The position numbers and the translations under genes were made by a program. Below the pieces are notes generated by a model. The model searched no databases and was not told where the DNA came from. It worked only from the letters and a program-made list of their open reading frames with translations. From Eledone cirrhosa (Eukaryota), in NCBI GenBank assembly GCA_964016885.1, contig OZ024740.1:400954001-401018000 (forward strand): a stretch of DNA of 64,000 nucleotides, read 5' to 3'. Position 1 is the first letter of the stretch. Each line of letters begins with the position of its first letter. This document shows, in pieces, positions 1-15,388 of this stretch.

Positions 1-329
1 AATGGAATATTGGTCGTCCAACACTATAGCGATATAGCTTATGCTGGATTGAAAAGGTATATATCATTTCAAATACATGTTTTGTTACAAGATATTTTCC
101 TTCAAATTAGGTAATTTACAACGTGTCTTTAGTCTGCTATTCAACATAACCAACAGCGTTTGGCATAGGAACAAGGAGAAATACAACAAACGAAGAAATC
201 ATAGTCTAGTCAAATGGGGTGTAACATTTTAATGTTATAGGCTTCGTAATCTAATATTTTATTAAATATGTGGAAAAGCTTTATATTTCAACTCAAACGA
301 TATTAAGTCGAGGAAAAATGTTACAGAAA

Positions 330-800
330 AAAAAATGCAATGAAAATAAACATATTTACAGAGGCACTTGAAATAACACCACACCGAAACTAAAGACTTC
401 AGCGGAAAGTGTCTAAAGTAATTACATTAGGTAGCGGATTTACAAGGGTGATTATCGTTGAAGTGAAAGATAATAATTCATTGAACTACAGCTAGACATG
501 TTGATGAAACATCATAATTTCTTGATATATTATAGGTTAATGAGATTTGGAATGTGACGTTGTGACACATATGCCTTTCACGAAAATATTTAGGAGGTAA
601 ATGGAGTAAAGTCTGTCAGTTGATGGAGGAATGTTGCTCAGAGACAACCAAAACAGAAAAAGGAATGCACACTATTTGTTGGCTGCTTAAGATTCTCGTT
701 TTGGAATGTATTTTGAGCTAAAAGACAGCTAGCTCTTAAAGTTAGTATTCATTGGTCGACAGAGGTGTGATGAAATATTTGCAGGAGTAGATTCTTAATA
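330..800 (+). mobile_element. Highly decayed mariner/Tc1 transposase relic (N-terminal HTH region to TGDE)
   Basis: By-eye frameshifted translation echoes the mariner layout ILHE.LG..K...RW...L...QK..R and I.TGDE; no intact ORF or TIR. Confidence 0.3.
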
Positions 801-1951
801 ATGATCACTTCATCCAAACGTCTACTCGTATCCATTCGGTCGTGTACGATCTACATGAACGTACCACCAAGATACAATCGAAGAAATTTTACACAGTGCA
901 ACTATCTGAAATATATGAAAGTATCATTAGGTGATATGGTGAAAAGTGAATAATCTGGAGACATTAAATAATGTTAAATAACTGCCTATCAGAGCATGAT
1001 GCACGAATACTTTGAGACTAAAAATATTAACTTAAGAAAGATGCAATATTCTCACCTGACATTACGCCAGCTCTTATCAAAGCCTTCTAAATCATTGCCA
1101 GATACCTTCAAACAATTTCTAAACATCTACAGTTCTGCTAGGAAAACCTTAGATGTATACAAACTAGTTAATGCTACGCACTCAATAAAAACTTCACTAT
1201 ATCGAAGAAAATAACAAAACCACTATAAAATCGGACTCAAGCATAGTCTTATACGTAATTTCTACAATAAACTGAAAAAGCCTATAATGTAATAAGCATA
1301 AGCTATGAAACACCAACCTCCTAATTTAGACGTTCTTTTCATCGCAGACTCTCAACAAAATTCAGCCTTCATAGTTCAAGATTGTCTAGAAAGGGCGCTT
1401 TCGGAATTTCCTTTAACAGATAATTTGAATGTTTAACCTGTATTCAGAATTCTTTATATAATATTTAAATTCCTCTTTACTTTTAAAATGTTCAATGTAA
1501 TATAAAAGATACTGCGTCGTTCTCTATGTAGCAGTCAGAGAATGACCAGTTGCGTTCAGGGAGAGAATATTCAGAAGATTTTTTTATGGCTCAAATTTAA
1601 CTGATCGAAGTCATTTCTGTGGTTACCAGGCATGAATATTCCAAGGAAACCTTTTTGAAGACAATTAGTAATTGATAAGTTGTGTTTTTAGTGTGTGTGT
1701 ATGTGTTTGAGTGTGTGCATGAGTATGTGAATGGCACTAGTATTTGCACGTTTATACCTGGTAAATCGGGAAATTAGGGGTTGGTAGTTGAATATCACAT
1801 TATATTTGTTATTAAATTCCTCAATTGAAAGTCTGTTTGATGTATACGGTGGGTATTTTAGTGACTATATGGCAGGTCCATTGTAAGTGATTTGTCTATT
1901 GTCTGTTGCAAATCTATGAACAAAGTATTTTTACAATGTTTTGTTGTTTTT

Positions 1952-2004
1952 TACGCGCGTTTCAACTTCAATATTATCAAGCAATACTGAAGCATCGTCA
2001 GGAC
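1952..2004 (-). ncRNA. Hammerhead ribozyme motif (Penelope pLTR type, stem I degenerate)
   Basis: Minus strand reads CTGACGA-T-GCTTCAGTATT/AATATTGAAGT-T-GAAAC-GCGC-GTA; palindromic minimal stem III ACGCGCGT. Confidence 0.6.
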
Positions 2005-2115
2005 ATTAAGTCGGAATTTGTATTATGTAAGTCCGAAAGAATTACAAGTTAAAAATTTGAAGAGGTTTTCTGAAGAGATTTCTTTAAAAAAATTAGGAGA
2101 AAGTTAGTTTTTGTT

Positions 2116-2410
<295 letters not shown>

Positions 2411-4579
2411 TACTTATGAATGTGTAAATATGTGTTTAAATAAGTGTTGCGTGTATTTTGTGTGAGTATATGCGTATGGTTCTAGTATGAACTACAGCCA
2501 ATAATAAACTTCAAAAGTAAAAAATAGGCGCCATATATGAAAACTTTATTCCTAATTAAACGTCCATATTTTAAGCAAATGGATTTGCAAATGTTTCTTG
2601 TAACTTTGATTTCCTTCATAATATTCTCATTTTCCCTCCAATCAACTATATATAATAGGGTTTAATACGTAAACAAATATGATGTATGGACATTTTTTTA
2701 TAGATAGCAATCTGACGTATTTGAAATTAGCATTAGGTTTCTGGTTATGTACGTGTGTGTGTGAAAATTATGTATGTTTATTTGCCTGTGACACTGCTTC
2801 GATGAGAATAAATAAAAATGCTCACGCCTACATTTATATTTGTATTCATGTGTACTTTTATATAGAAAATACAGTCAAAAATACAAACGCATTCTCGGAA
2901 TACACGCAGAATACCATACACGCATCCACACAGTCTCTCACACACATACACATCTCAAAACACGTTACAAGTGGTAACATTTGAAATTAAAGCTTATATC
3001 GATTTATTGAAACCAAAAGATTATACTGACTTAATATTCCTACCTACATACGTAGGCGAGTTTTGAGGCTTAAACCCATGAAATATGCATTAAATCATTA
3101 CAAAGAAGCTTCTTGAACCTGGGAATCAAAGCCAATTCGCAGTTCATTTTACCTCACATATGTATAAACATGTCCACGCATAAGCGTATTCTGTACAACC
3201 CTAACATTTTACTTGTTTTCTTCCAACAGTGGAAAAAATGTAAAACAAGAGCAAACCTTATGCAGTATTCTAGTGATTCTCAATATCACATTCAATATCA
3301 GTGAATATAAAAACACTTTACTATAGTAATATATAATACTACAGGTTGAATTTACATGATGTTGATGCGATTAGAATATCCACGTCTTTAGCACTTTTCT
3401 TAAGTTGAAATTCGTTTGAAGAATATTAAAATCCCGATTTAAAAACCCCTAATTTTAATCGAAAGTAATATTTGATTATTATACAGAGTTATATAGCTGT
3501 CTTATTATGTTATGTTTCCTTCAGTAGTTTACAATTTCCCACTCGGACAACTAAGTAAATTATACTTCACTGTCACAACCTTGGGTGTATGGCGCCAAAA
3601 GTTCAAATAATTTCTTTCAACTAACACATTTACAGTACAAATTGTGACGCTCAAACCTATATAATATCCACCGGGGTATTATATACTGATTTATTCCGGC
3701 TTGTGTTCCGCACAACGTTTTAGCAGCTGTGCCCACTGGCATTCTGTGAATATTCTTACAATTAGTTAGGGAACCCCTTATTCAAACTATGGGAGTAGGT
3801 TAACCTCATTCCGTCTCCCATAACAAGGATATTCTCCTAGTAGTTCTTCTCGAACTTATGATGCTACTTGAATCTGAGTATATATATATATATAACTTCA
3901 TCCTCAGTGTCTGAACTCACGCCAACCAAGTAGACAGCAATACTAATGCTTTATCCGCGATAATATTCTTTATGCCAACTTCATGGTATAAAATCATGTA
4001 TTTTCTTTCTTAATTAAAGGATACTATATAGAATCAATGATGAGCTTTTCAGAGTCAGATTTTCATTTAGATTCTGTTACTCGTTTTATATTCCAGTGTT
4101 TTTCCTGAACTATTACTAGACTTTGTTCCACGAGGGTTGGCTAATTTCCTTTTTCACGCACAACTAATCAGCTTTGATCAATCTTCTTGTCTCATCAGGA
4201 TGAAGTTTTAACGTATCTCTATAACGTTTCTTTCGGAATATGTTTGCGCCAAACTTTATATTTTTTAACTGAGATCGAAGATACACAGCCCCTAAAAGTA
4301 AGGCTAGTTGATCATCGTGAAGGGGAAATAAAATTGAGCAAGGCTAGAAGAATGTCAAAGAGCCGTAAACTGTGTGGAGCAATCAACTCTGCAGAAGAAA
4401 CTCGAGATAATAGGTAAATACAGAGGTATGTTTCACTACAAAGACTCAATGAGTAGCTTCAATTGGATTCGAACTATGACAATACTATCTATCTGAAGGG
4501 AGTAGAACTTTCCAATGCATAATATATAGCATATATACATATATTATATTAATCAGAGACATAAGCTTAAGTTTCGCTC

Positions 4580-4836
4580 ATTGGGAACACATCACATCAG
4601 CGGAGATCCATGGACGAGTTCTCTCCAGCGGTCTCTGTCCCTCATTATCACTGCCATGTTCTGTGTTTCGAAGAGACCAGTGTCTGTCCTTAGTGCATCA
4701 ACATATGCTAACCTCGTTCTTCCTCTTCTAGTGTGTCTTCCATGCAAGAGCTCCCACAGGAGCACTGAGTGCAGTGTCAACTCTGGATGTCGGTGAGCAT
4801 GTCCAGCTCACCTCAGTCTCCTCTGTGTCACTTTTG
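4580..4836 (-). mobile_element. RTE-clade LINE 3' end fragment
   Basis: Minus-strand peptide LLWELLHGRHTRRGRTRLAYVDALRTDTG...MRDRDRWRELV, typical of the RTE ORF C-terminus. Confidence 0.75.
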
Positions 4837-4847
4837 ACACACACACA

Positions 4848-4905
<58 letters not shown>

Positions 4906-4938
4906 TATATATATATATATATATATATATAGGAAGAC

Positions 4939-5039
4939 AGTCAGGACCCCGACGGCTGAGATGCAGCCGTTTCCATAGCTAGATCAGAACCAGATCTAGG
5001 TGTCAAAACGGCCGGAGTTCAGCCGTCAGGCTCCTGACT
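4939..5039. repeat. Palindromic MITE-like hairpin element
   Basis: AGTCAGGA..GACGGCTGA..GCCGTTT is matched in inverted orientation by AAACGGC..TCAGCCGTC..TCCTGACT; a partial copy lies at 43650-43710. Confidence 0.7.
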
Positions 5040-5125
5040 CTTTTCATATTACCCACTCTACTACCCTAAATATCGAGTACTCTGGTGTGTTATGGTTCAC
5101 CTGGTATCTTACCACACCTTCTTTG

Positions 5126-5400
<275 letters not shown>

Positions 5401-7705
5401 GCCTGCGTGGGTTTCTATACCATTCTATACATCCAGGACATCATGTGGTGATCTAAAATAAGTGACAGAACGAACACCTTATAAATTCTATCTTATTAAG
5501 TCATTTCTATGTCTTTAAATCTTCAACTGGCTATATAATTATGAATATAATAACGAATGCAGATGTAATATATCTACAGAAGATATACGTACGTATTTCA
5601 CAGTATGCATCTCACAGAAAGTGTTTAATAAACTACTAAAAATTAAAGCCAAGTAAGTCTTGCCTATATTAAAGGCAATATATCATTAAAAGGAAATATG
5701 TCATATTAGCCTAATATGTGACATAAGCATATGTTTCGATATTCTGAGAAATATATTAGTAGGACGGGAATAAAACCGACTTTTAGAAATAAATTTAGAA
5801 AGTATATCATATATACTTGTCGCCATGGGCTAAAAAACGAAAGGGGTAGAACGGAAGCATTAATCCTGTTTGTCTAAATTCTGTTTTTGTGATTCAGTTA
5901 AAAATGTTAAGAGATCAACTGGGTAGCATATATGTATAATTAAATCGATTCGAATAAACCTATGAGCGTTGTATGTAGATAAAAAAAAATTGTACTTCAC
6001 AGTACACATCTGGAACTCTTTAAATATGAACAGTTTTATCATGGAATTTATCTTATATATTTTATATAGAAATAATTAAAAAATAAATTATAAACTATAA
6101 CATATAATAATAATCATAGTTTTCCTTGTATAAAGCATTTTTATGATCGTGAATTTCAAACATACAAAAAATGAACATTCGAAAATTACATAAATGCGTA
6201 CGATTGATATTTAAGTGAAAGATTGATTTTTCAATTCATTCGGTTTACATTATATATTTTATATTACTTGGGCAATTGTGCACTTTTCATAGATTTTACG
6301 CGTGAAATATTTTCTTGACAAATATTGTATCCATATGCAGATATTTATGGAAATAATCACGTAAATTAAGTAATAAAATATTCATTTCGAATGAGAAAAG
6401 CTAACAACTAATATAACATTTTAAAAATATCATGTTTAAGCATTAAATCATAAAGCAAATAGACGGTAGTTTTTTATGAGAAGCTGAAAAATATGTGCGC
6501 TGTATGTGGGTATTTGTGTGTGTGTGAGTGTTTTGTGTGTGTGTGAGTGTTTTGTGTGTGTTTGTGTCGGTGTGTGCGTGGGTGTGTTTATGAGTGTGTT
6601 TATGCATGTGTGTGTGCTAATATAGAAAAGACGGACGACAGACAAGAATGACAAGAAGATATGTATGGTGGGAAGTGTGATGAAAAGGGTTTCCTCTTGA
6701 AATTGAATATAAGTTAGGGCAGTGTAGCTAAGAAGTTAATAAAATGTAAAACCTTAAGGCTTATATGTTTAGAATAGGAAAAGGAGGAAAGCAGAATTAT
6801 AGGATTAAAACGATAAATGAAGCTGAGCCAAACGAATTTGATACGATGGTTTGGTAGTATCTTATAGCTGAGAGAGAGGGAGGTTGAGTAGCCAGAGATA
6901 AAGGGGAACGCATGAAATTACCCACCTAAATTTGACATCTGGATACAGGTGTACGATCTAAGTCGTTGAATGTAAGTAAATATGTATGTATGTAAATATG
7001 TATGTATGTATTTTTGTTTGTATGTATGTATATGTGTATGTATGTGTGTATGTATGTATGTATATATGCATATATGTGTGTATGTGGAGTTAGGTATTTT
7101 ATTGAATATGTATGTGCTTGTATGTGTGTGTGAATGTGTGTTTCGCCCATGTTAGTGAGTATTTGTATTAAAGTATATTAATAGGTGGATACGATGCGTA
7201 TGTAGGCGAGTTAGTGCCGTTTGTATTCAGTAAATGTTTTTATTTATTTTTTCTATTTTGTGAGTATGTCAACATTTTTGTTTTCTAGTTTTACATATCA
7301 ATACTTGTCTAGTCTACATGTATTACTAATGGACGGATCTTTCTTTTCCAAATGCAGTGAGATCAACTCCGAATAAAACATATAATTCACCTAATTGCAC
7401 CTACTTGTAACTAGGACCATACTAAGAAACTAATGCACTGCTCTTTTGTTGTGCGTGCACACATTCATACATATTAAAGCATATGAGCAATTGTAAACAC
7501 AATCATATATATCTTCATAATTATATAAATACATACATACATGCATATATGCATACATGCCTGCATGCACACATACATACCTGTATGCATACATACATAC
7601 GTATATGCATACATACATATATGCATATTTGAGCTATCAACGGAAGGTATCTATATCAGAGCTTCCCGCATTCAATGAGACACTATCACATAACAATTTT
7701 ACATT

Positions 7706-7794
7706 ACACTCAAGTAAACCACATAACACTCAAGTAAACCACATAACACTCAAGTAAACCACATCAATAACACTCAAGTAAACCACATCAATAA
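7706..7794. repeat. Minisatellite, 4 copies of ACACTCAAGTAAACCACAT(CAAT)A (20-24 bp unit)
   Basis: Direct tandem copies without unique spacers. Confidence 0.9.
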
Positions 7795-9399
7795 AGCACA
7801 ACCGGCAAATGTACCACAAATTACCACATACACAAATAATAATCCAATGATTTAATATAGTAGCAATGACGGTTAGTTGACTTGCTAACCAAACCTCCCT
7901 GAAATATCGTTCTGCTATCTTAATTAAGAATAATTGTAGTCCCTCATATAAAAGAAGGGTCATAATTGTTGGAATGTCTTCGATTATCGGTCTGATCGAA
8001 GAGAGCAACCAGCATAACAGTGAACAACGAGGGCTCAGGTACATGTTTGTTGGACCTGCTACAAAGAGCAGCTAAATCTAACTATAAAGTTTTATAAATA
8101 TCAACGACCGTATAGCCATAGTTGGAACTCTCCACTTTGGTAAACAAAAAACTACAATATAACCACTTCCATTACCGCTACCATCTCAAAAACCATAACA
8201 CCTTTTATCAAGATAAACACAGCATTAAGCCACAACTATCATACTAAATATAAACACTCTATAATAAGCAGCCCCACCACCAACAGCAACTACACTAGCA
8301 CTACCACAATCATCACTACCACCAGCATCACTTCCACGGTCAAAATAAGCTCTACATTATCAGAGGCAACGTCACCACACCTACAACGACAACCATCACC
8401 ACCACCGTCGTCACCACAGTATCTGCCATTGAAGTCACTGTTTCCATCACCTAGAACATTGCCTTCACTACTATCATGACGATCACAACCCTCACTACTA
8501 GAAGAAAAAAAAACCCTTTCAAACAATTCTTTACCACCCTTACCTCAATTAATAAAAAAAATCAACAACCAGGTAACAACCACCCATAACCTCCACCACA
8601 ACACTATAATTATCACAACCACTACCACATAGCAAACTCCCTGACAAAGCAATGTAAGAAATATCCAACAATTCAGAAATCAATCTTTCTTGAAGTGCTA
8701 TTATCGTTAACGTTCTAATGAGATTGCAGGCCAATTTTTCACACCTAACGTATTGGTTTTCAAATGTAAGCAGCATTTAACACCCATCATGTCTAAAATT
8801 TGTGAACGTCTTTCTGAATTTCAATGCTTCCTACTTTATTTATGTCGCTATTTTTCTCTAATTTCAGTTCATTTTTTTTTCATTTATTTTTATAATACTT
8901 AATTTTCCTTCTTTATTCCATTGTTTTGGTTATTCACCCCCTGTTTGATTTTTATGTATTGTATTCCATTGTGTTTTTCTTTTACTTTTTACTCTTTATC
9001 GTTTAAATCCTCAGGCAGTTGCGATAGCAAAGACGGTGGGGCATCTGACTAAATACAATGTAATATTTAACGTCATTTCACTCGGTTCTAATTTTGAATC
9101 TTGCTACAGTAGCGTTTTGATTTTGTTGCCTCTACAGTTTATAAAATATATATCAATAATATAAACTTTTCTAAAACAGCCTACATATTTTGGAATTGAA
9201 CAGTTAAATGTAATGGAACTAGGTACTTGCATGGTGGTTATTCATCAAATCTGGAATGATAGAAGATAAAGTCAAATATATTTACACATTATACACACAC
9301 ACACACACACACACACACTTATATATATATATATATGTATATATATACATCTGAGTGTGTGTATGCAAAACTCAAACAGAAATAACAGACCAAAGATCA

Positions 9400-10080
<681 letters not shown>

Positions 10081-12074
10081 AAAGGTGTCGGGCTCTGCTC
10101 GATTCCATTTACCAGATTGAAAAGTATTTTCTTTCGCTTTTTGTGGAACTAAATTTTTTCGTAGGACAAAAGTACTAAGGCAAATCAATCAGTTCAGATC
10201 AATTTCGGTGCCTTGTTCAAAGATTACCACATTCAAGTAGATTCCTAGATAGTTGCTGTTACAGTTTAGTTCTGCATAACTTGTATTGAGCAGACTTATG
10301 ATCAAACGCTTTTCCAGTTATGACAAGGCCGAAATTTTACTATGGCTGTCCAAAACACGACCATCATAACAAAAGACTGTGGTGTGTTACATGTGGATGA
10401 TTTAGCTGCTATTTCTAGCATATTGAGTGATTACGTATGGCCTGCCTCTCTGATTCGATTCCTCGACGATGAACAAGTTTGTTCTCTAGTATTATGCACG
10501 TCTTTCCGTTGCTCTTCTCTTTGGGGTTTCTGCAATCCTGGGTAAAATATAGAAGATGATACGGTGTATCTCTTCTAGAATAATCTTAGGCACTCACAGT
10601 TATCTACGTAGCATATTATGACGGCAGTGAAACGTTAATCTTGCATTATATAATGGGTTAGAGGGGTGAGTGGGCATGATGTGATGTTTTGTAGATATTC
10701 TGGGTTTCTGAAAATATAAAGAGCAGTCTCTCTCAGTGCACTTTTGGATAGTGGATTATGGACAAAACTCAGAAATTCTTATCCTGGCCGTACTATCAAA
10801 AAGTATTACCGGCTTAGTGTGTTATTTTGTTATAAGCGTCCATGTAAGATCTTAAGCCAAAACATTTTCATCATTAAAATAATCAATGTTATCACCAACA
10901 TGATTATTATTAACATCATGAATTTCAATGTTTTCCCGTTTGTATTCGATGTAAAGAATGATTTGTTAGGAGTTCTCTCCATTGACGGAAGTGTATGGTT
11001 ACATGTCTTTTGATGAACAGCCAGCTAGCTGAGAAACATGTAAAAGCAATTCCTCTACTGTTGTATTTCAGAAAAGAATAACAATGGTTTCACACTAGCT
11101 AACGTTTTAACAGCTAAGCTTATATTTTAAAGTTGTAGTTATACAGAGATTACATTTCCTTTAGGGTTTTTGTTATATATTGAGGTTTCATCGGAAACAG
11201 AACCCTGAAATTTGTTAAATTTACTTGCGATATAATAATCTTATACCGGTGGTATATTTGTTCTTTTTTTAACTAAAACATCACACATTAGAAATGAGTA
11301 GAGGTTTATATTCTTAAATTATCAGCGTTTACCACTTTCACTATTAGCTGTAGCGCGACAAAGCTCATATTTTGTTATTTATTTAATCATGTAGTTCTTT
11401 AGCCAATGCCACGTTAGATAGCTTCAGTGCAGCATCAGCTATGACACATAATTGTGTTAGAGCCAGTAATAGAGAACTGTGAAGAAAATAATAACATTAA
11501 GAAACAAAAAAGAAATTGGGCAGATTCTTTTAATACTTCAACCAATTAGCAACCTTTGTTTTGTTATGTGATTTCTTCTTTGGAGTAAACAAATAAATAA
11601 AAATAACAAACAATAAGCTGAAACTCATATCTTGGAGGGATTTTCTCCAACGGTGTTGTTTATAGTTTAATTCTGTATTTTTGTTAGTTTATTTTTATAG
11701 GTGCTTTATTATTTTTTCTTTGTTATTTTTTAGCTAATTAGATTATTGATTGGCAATTACATTACCATAATAATTAAAATCGGGATATGCGCGGGGTTCA
11801 ATATAACTATTGATTTCACTTTTATATTCAAGTAGAGATGGCTTTATTCGTTTTGTTTCTTTTAGTTTTTTATCTGTCTTTTTCCTTTCTTTCTGAATAA
11901 ATAAATGAATGAATGATAAACAGTAAAATTGTAATAAAAAACGAAAAAAGAAAACTCTTAAACAATGAAAGAACTTTATTGACACTAAAAAATAAAAATC
12001 ATATAAAAATCATGAAGATGAAGATGATGGGGAAGAAGAGGATGATGATGATGGCGTTGATGATGACGATGATG

Positions 12075-12490
12075 ATAATACTTTCTAATTTTGGCACAAG
12101 GCCAGCAATGTTGAGGGAGAATATTGTCTCCAGTGTTTGACTATATTATTATTATAATTATAACTTTCATCCTTACGGGGTATATAAAATAAAGTACCAG
12201 TAATGCACTGGGTAATTGCTGGCCTTGTGCCAAAAAGTAGAAACAATTATTATAAAAATTGTTTGAGTGTTGGACAAAATGAGTTACCGCCCTATTCAGT
12301 TTCATTCGACCAAATTGCAAGATTTTCTTTGGCTTTTTGTAGCACTAACACTCTCCGTTCCGAGGTCAAATATCGCCAATGTTAACTTTATCTTTCTTTC
12401 TCCAGGGACTGATAGCATGAAGTATCAATTAAGTAGTTGGGTCTTTATAACTTTGTGGCATATTGTCTAAATTAGAAACCATTATTATTG
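12075..12490. mobile_element. Cluster of SINE fragments (one minus, two plus)
   Basis: TTGGCACAAGGCCAGCAA (minus tail); CTTTCATCCTTACGGGG..AAAGTACCAG..GCTGGCCTTGTGCCAAAAGTAGAAACAATTATT (plus). Confidence 0.75.
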
Positions 12491-12566
12491 ATATAAAATA
12501 TATATACATGCTAGAAAAGAAACAGACAGACAGACACACAGACACACACACACACACACACACACA

Positions 12567-12617
<51 letters not shown>

Positions 12618-12631
12618 GGAGAGCAAAATAT

Positions 12632-13058
12632 GCAACAGGTGACATTGGCAGTCGAAATGGAAGTATACAGTTTCGAACCCTACCAGTGGTACTGCTGGTC
12701 CAACCGAGTACACAATGTTGTTAAGGCAGTTAAGTACTGACTGTGGAGTATTTTTGAAGATGAAATAATACAAAACGTTTTTGAGATTACATAGTGATGA
12801 CAAATCTGTATAGAATTAAAAATGCAACTTTTAAATTGAATGCTTTGTGACAAAGAGATTCGGTTCGACGTATGGAGAAACAAACAACCCCAAAGGATGA
12901 ACATATTAGCTGATATCAACAGAAAGAACTAGACGATGTGAAAGACACGGAGGTACACGAACGAGACAATAGTAACAAGAATCCCGTATGGACTCACTGT
13001 ACCCTCAGTAGGGGGCGAAACTGTGTAATTCTATTTTGATGGCTGATGACCTGTTGGC
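12632..13058. repeat. Degenerate inverted repeat pair (about 70 bp arms), likely an old PLE terminus
   Basis: CAACAGGT..GTTTCGAACCCTAC..GGTAC..GTCC versus GGAC..GTACC..GTAGGGGGCGAAAC..ACCTGTTG. Confidence 0.5.
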
Positions 13059-13084
13059 AAATTTGCCAAATTTTTGTATCGGAC

Positions 13085-14215
13085 TCGAATGCTCTCATCA
13101 TTTATGTTCCAACAGTCTGACAGTTACCGAACATATTTCCCTAATGCACCATTGTGGACTTGGACCAACCGCATGCGGTCATCTAGATCGTAAATATATA
13201 TAGGTTTTTTATTAGGTCAGTAGGCAGGTTCGTATATTCCGTCCAGTCGCCTATTCAGATAACAAATTTGTGATATGCATGTTCGACCTATATAAAGTTT
13301 ATAGGGAACGGGTCCCCACAGTAGTTAAGTGTAAGTTGACAGAGGTGTGTGTGTGGGGGGGGGGTCATCAACAGCACATGATGGGGTGCTATCAATAGAG
13401 AGTTTAGACTAGTTTTAATAGGTTTTAGTAAAGAAGTAGCATTAGAATAAATAGAAAGGAGGCTGATCTGATAGATAAAATAGACGAGGCGATCATAAGT
13501 GGCATTGCGACTGATCTGCTAGTGGTGAGAATGGCATTAGATCATTCCTTCAATGGGAAACCCGAAGGTTGCATAGTGAGAGCTAAGGCGCTTTCTATAA
13601 TAAACGAGGGAACGAAAGCTGTTCGATAGATCGTTCGGCGAAGGTACAGAGCTGTAATAAAGCCACAATTCGGTTTTTGACGGACCGAGACGAACACGTG
13701 CTGACCGATTCCATTGAAATGTGCGCGGCCTTTCGTCAGCACTTTTTCGACTGTTCACGGAAGGGGAGGGGGTGTCAGAGACGGTGGTAGATTTCAGTTC
13801 ATGCCTCGATGGCCTCACGCGACACTCGCCAGCCCATGGTGTGTAATGTGAATGGCCGATATCAACAGGTTCGGTCTGCTGCCAGCACCTTCTACTCGGA
13901 GGGCTGGGCGTGCCGTAGCTGATGATCTGCAAACATGCACTTAGGCTAAGACATCTACAGATTTTCTTAAACAGTGAACAAATGGGGTTGATATTTGGGA
14001 GACACACCTTTCCGTAGGTCATCTCTTTGACTGTACTGCAGTTATGGGTCAAGAACTGGCCGTGACTGAGTGCCTAGCATCAGGAATGTTGTCAGGCGTT
14101 ACTGCCCTCCACCAAGCGGGCAATGCGGTCAATGGAAATTCCACTTTCGAGTTCTATAGAGGATTAATGGTGGGCAAGGGTGACAACAGTCTTTGAGAGG
14201 CTCTGGGTGTCGACG
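13085..14215 (+). mobile_element. Decayed, internally deleted Tx1-family LINE fragment
   Basis: Colinear similarity to 32560-33390 then jumps to 34570-34915 of the long copy (e.g. TTTCCCTAATGC.CCA.TGTGGAC.TGG, GGAGGGCTGGGC.TGCCGT). Confidence 0.85.
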
Positions 14216-14224
14216 AAATATGCC

Positions 14225-14720
14225 AGAAAGCAGACAAATCTGCGGCACATATTGTTAGTGGATGTAATGAATTACCAAAAATACGTTAGAAAATCCGACA
14301 TTGGGAGTTGTGCAAAAAATGCAACTTAGAAACGTTGTCTGTGGTACGAACATACTCCACTTGAATTCTACCTATCAGACGAGGAAGTACAGTTATTTTG
14401 GGACCTTGAGATGAAGACCACAAAGTCCAACACAACTGCCCTGATATTGTTGTAAAAGCAAACAACTCCACGAAATTGACTCAAATTGATATTGCGATCC
14501 CCCAAGGCCATAATGTGACTGAAAGAAAAATGGAAAAGTTCAATAAGAATGCAGACCTTGCAGGTGCTATTAGAACTGATCACGATGTCTGACAGAAATT
14601 GTGCCAATCGTCACTGGGGCGCTAGACATGGTCCCTAAACGACTTAAATCTTGATCAAAAGACAAGGGATACCAGACTTCAGAAGCTATGTCCAAATTTC
14701 TACCTCCATAAGCATTATAT
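14225..14720 (+). mobile_element. R4/Dong-type LINE 3' fragment (restriction-like endonuclease)
   Basis: HIVSGC, DHKVQHNCPDIVVK, IDIAIP and IVTGAL motifs in shifting frames. Confidence 0.7.
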
Positions 14721-15262
14721 ATCTCTATCCTTGTTTTTATCAGCAAAACTCTAAAAGTAACATTATTCTCTTGATAGATTTAAAAAATATTTAATATGTA
14801 ATGTTTGAAAATATTGTTATACTAATCAAAACCGGTTATATTTCATGCAGCAATTATATTCTGTCTGATTAAAGAAAAATTAACATTTTAATATACTTCT
14901 GTGCATTTTCACCATTACATTTAACTATGTATATATATCTATATGAGTAGGAAAATTTGCTCCGTAAGAATTGCATGTGTCCGAAGGAAACTGCAGCCGT
15001 AGAATCAACCAGATCCATACAGTGATCATGTCTCGAGCTACCTACCGGCGAAACAATTGTAACACGCAATAAACTGAGTCCAGATGCATCACTGATTTTT
15101 CGTTTTTTTATACTATTCACACTCTGCTCTGTATGAGTATTGAGTGCTAATTTTGGCATACCGCCTATGGAAGCACCATAGCTACCATTATACACACGTA
15201 TATATATATATATATATATGTGTATGTATATATATACGCATATATATGTATGTATGTATGTA

Positions 15263-15309
<47 letters not shown>

Positions 15310-15388
15310 TAGTAAAAGGAAAAGAAAATGCTGACAAATTTTTTCCCAGTGAAAAATAGTTTCATTAGGAATAAGTATAAATTAGTAA

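Noticed and set aside
996-1450. 72-aa ORF, possibly a PLE endonuclease relic
   Set aside because: No diagnostic motif could be read with confidence.
7706-7794. CRISPR-like repeated 20-mer
   Set aside because: The units are directly tandem with no unique spacers, there are no cas genes, and the context is eukaryotic.
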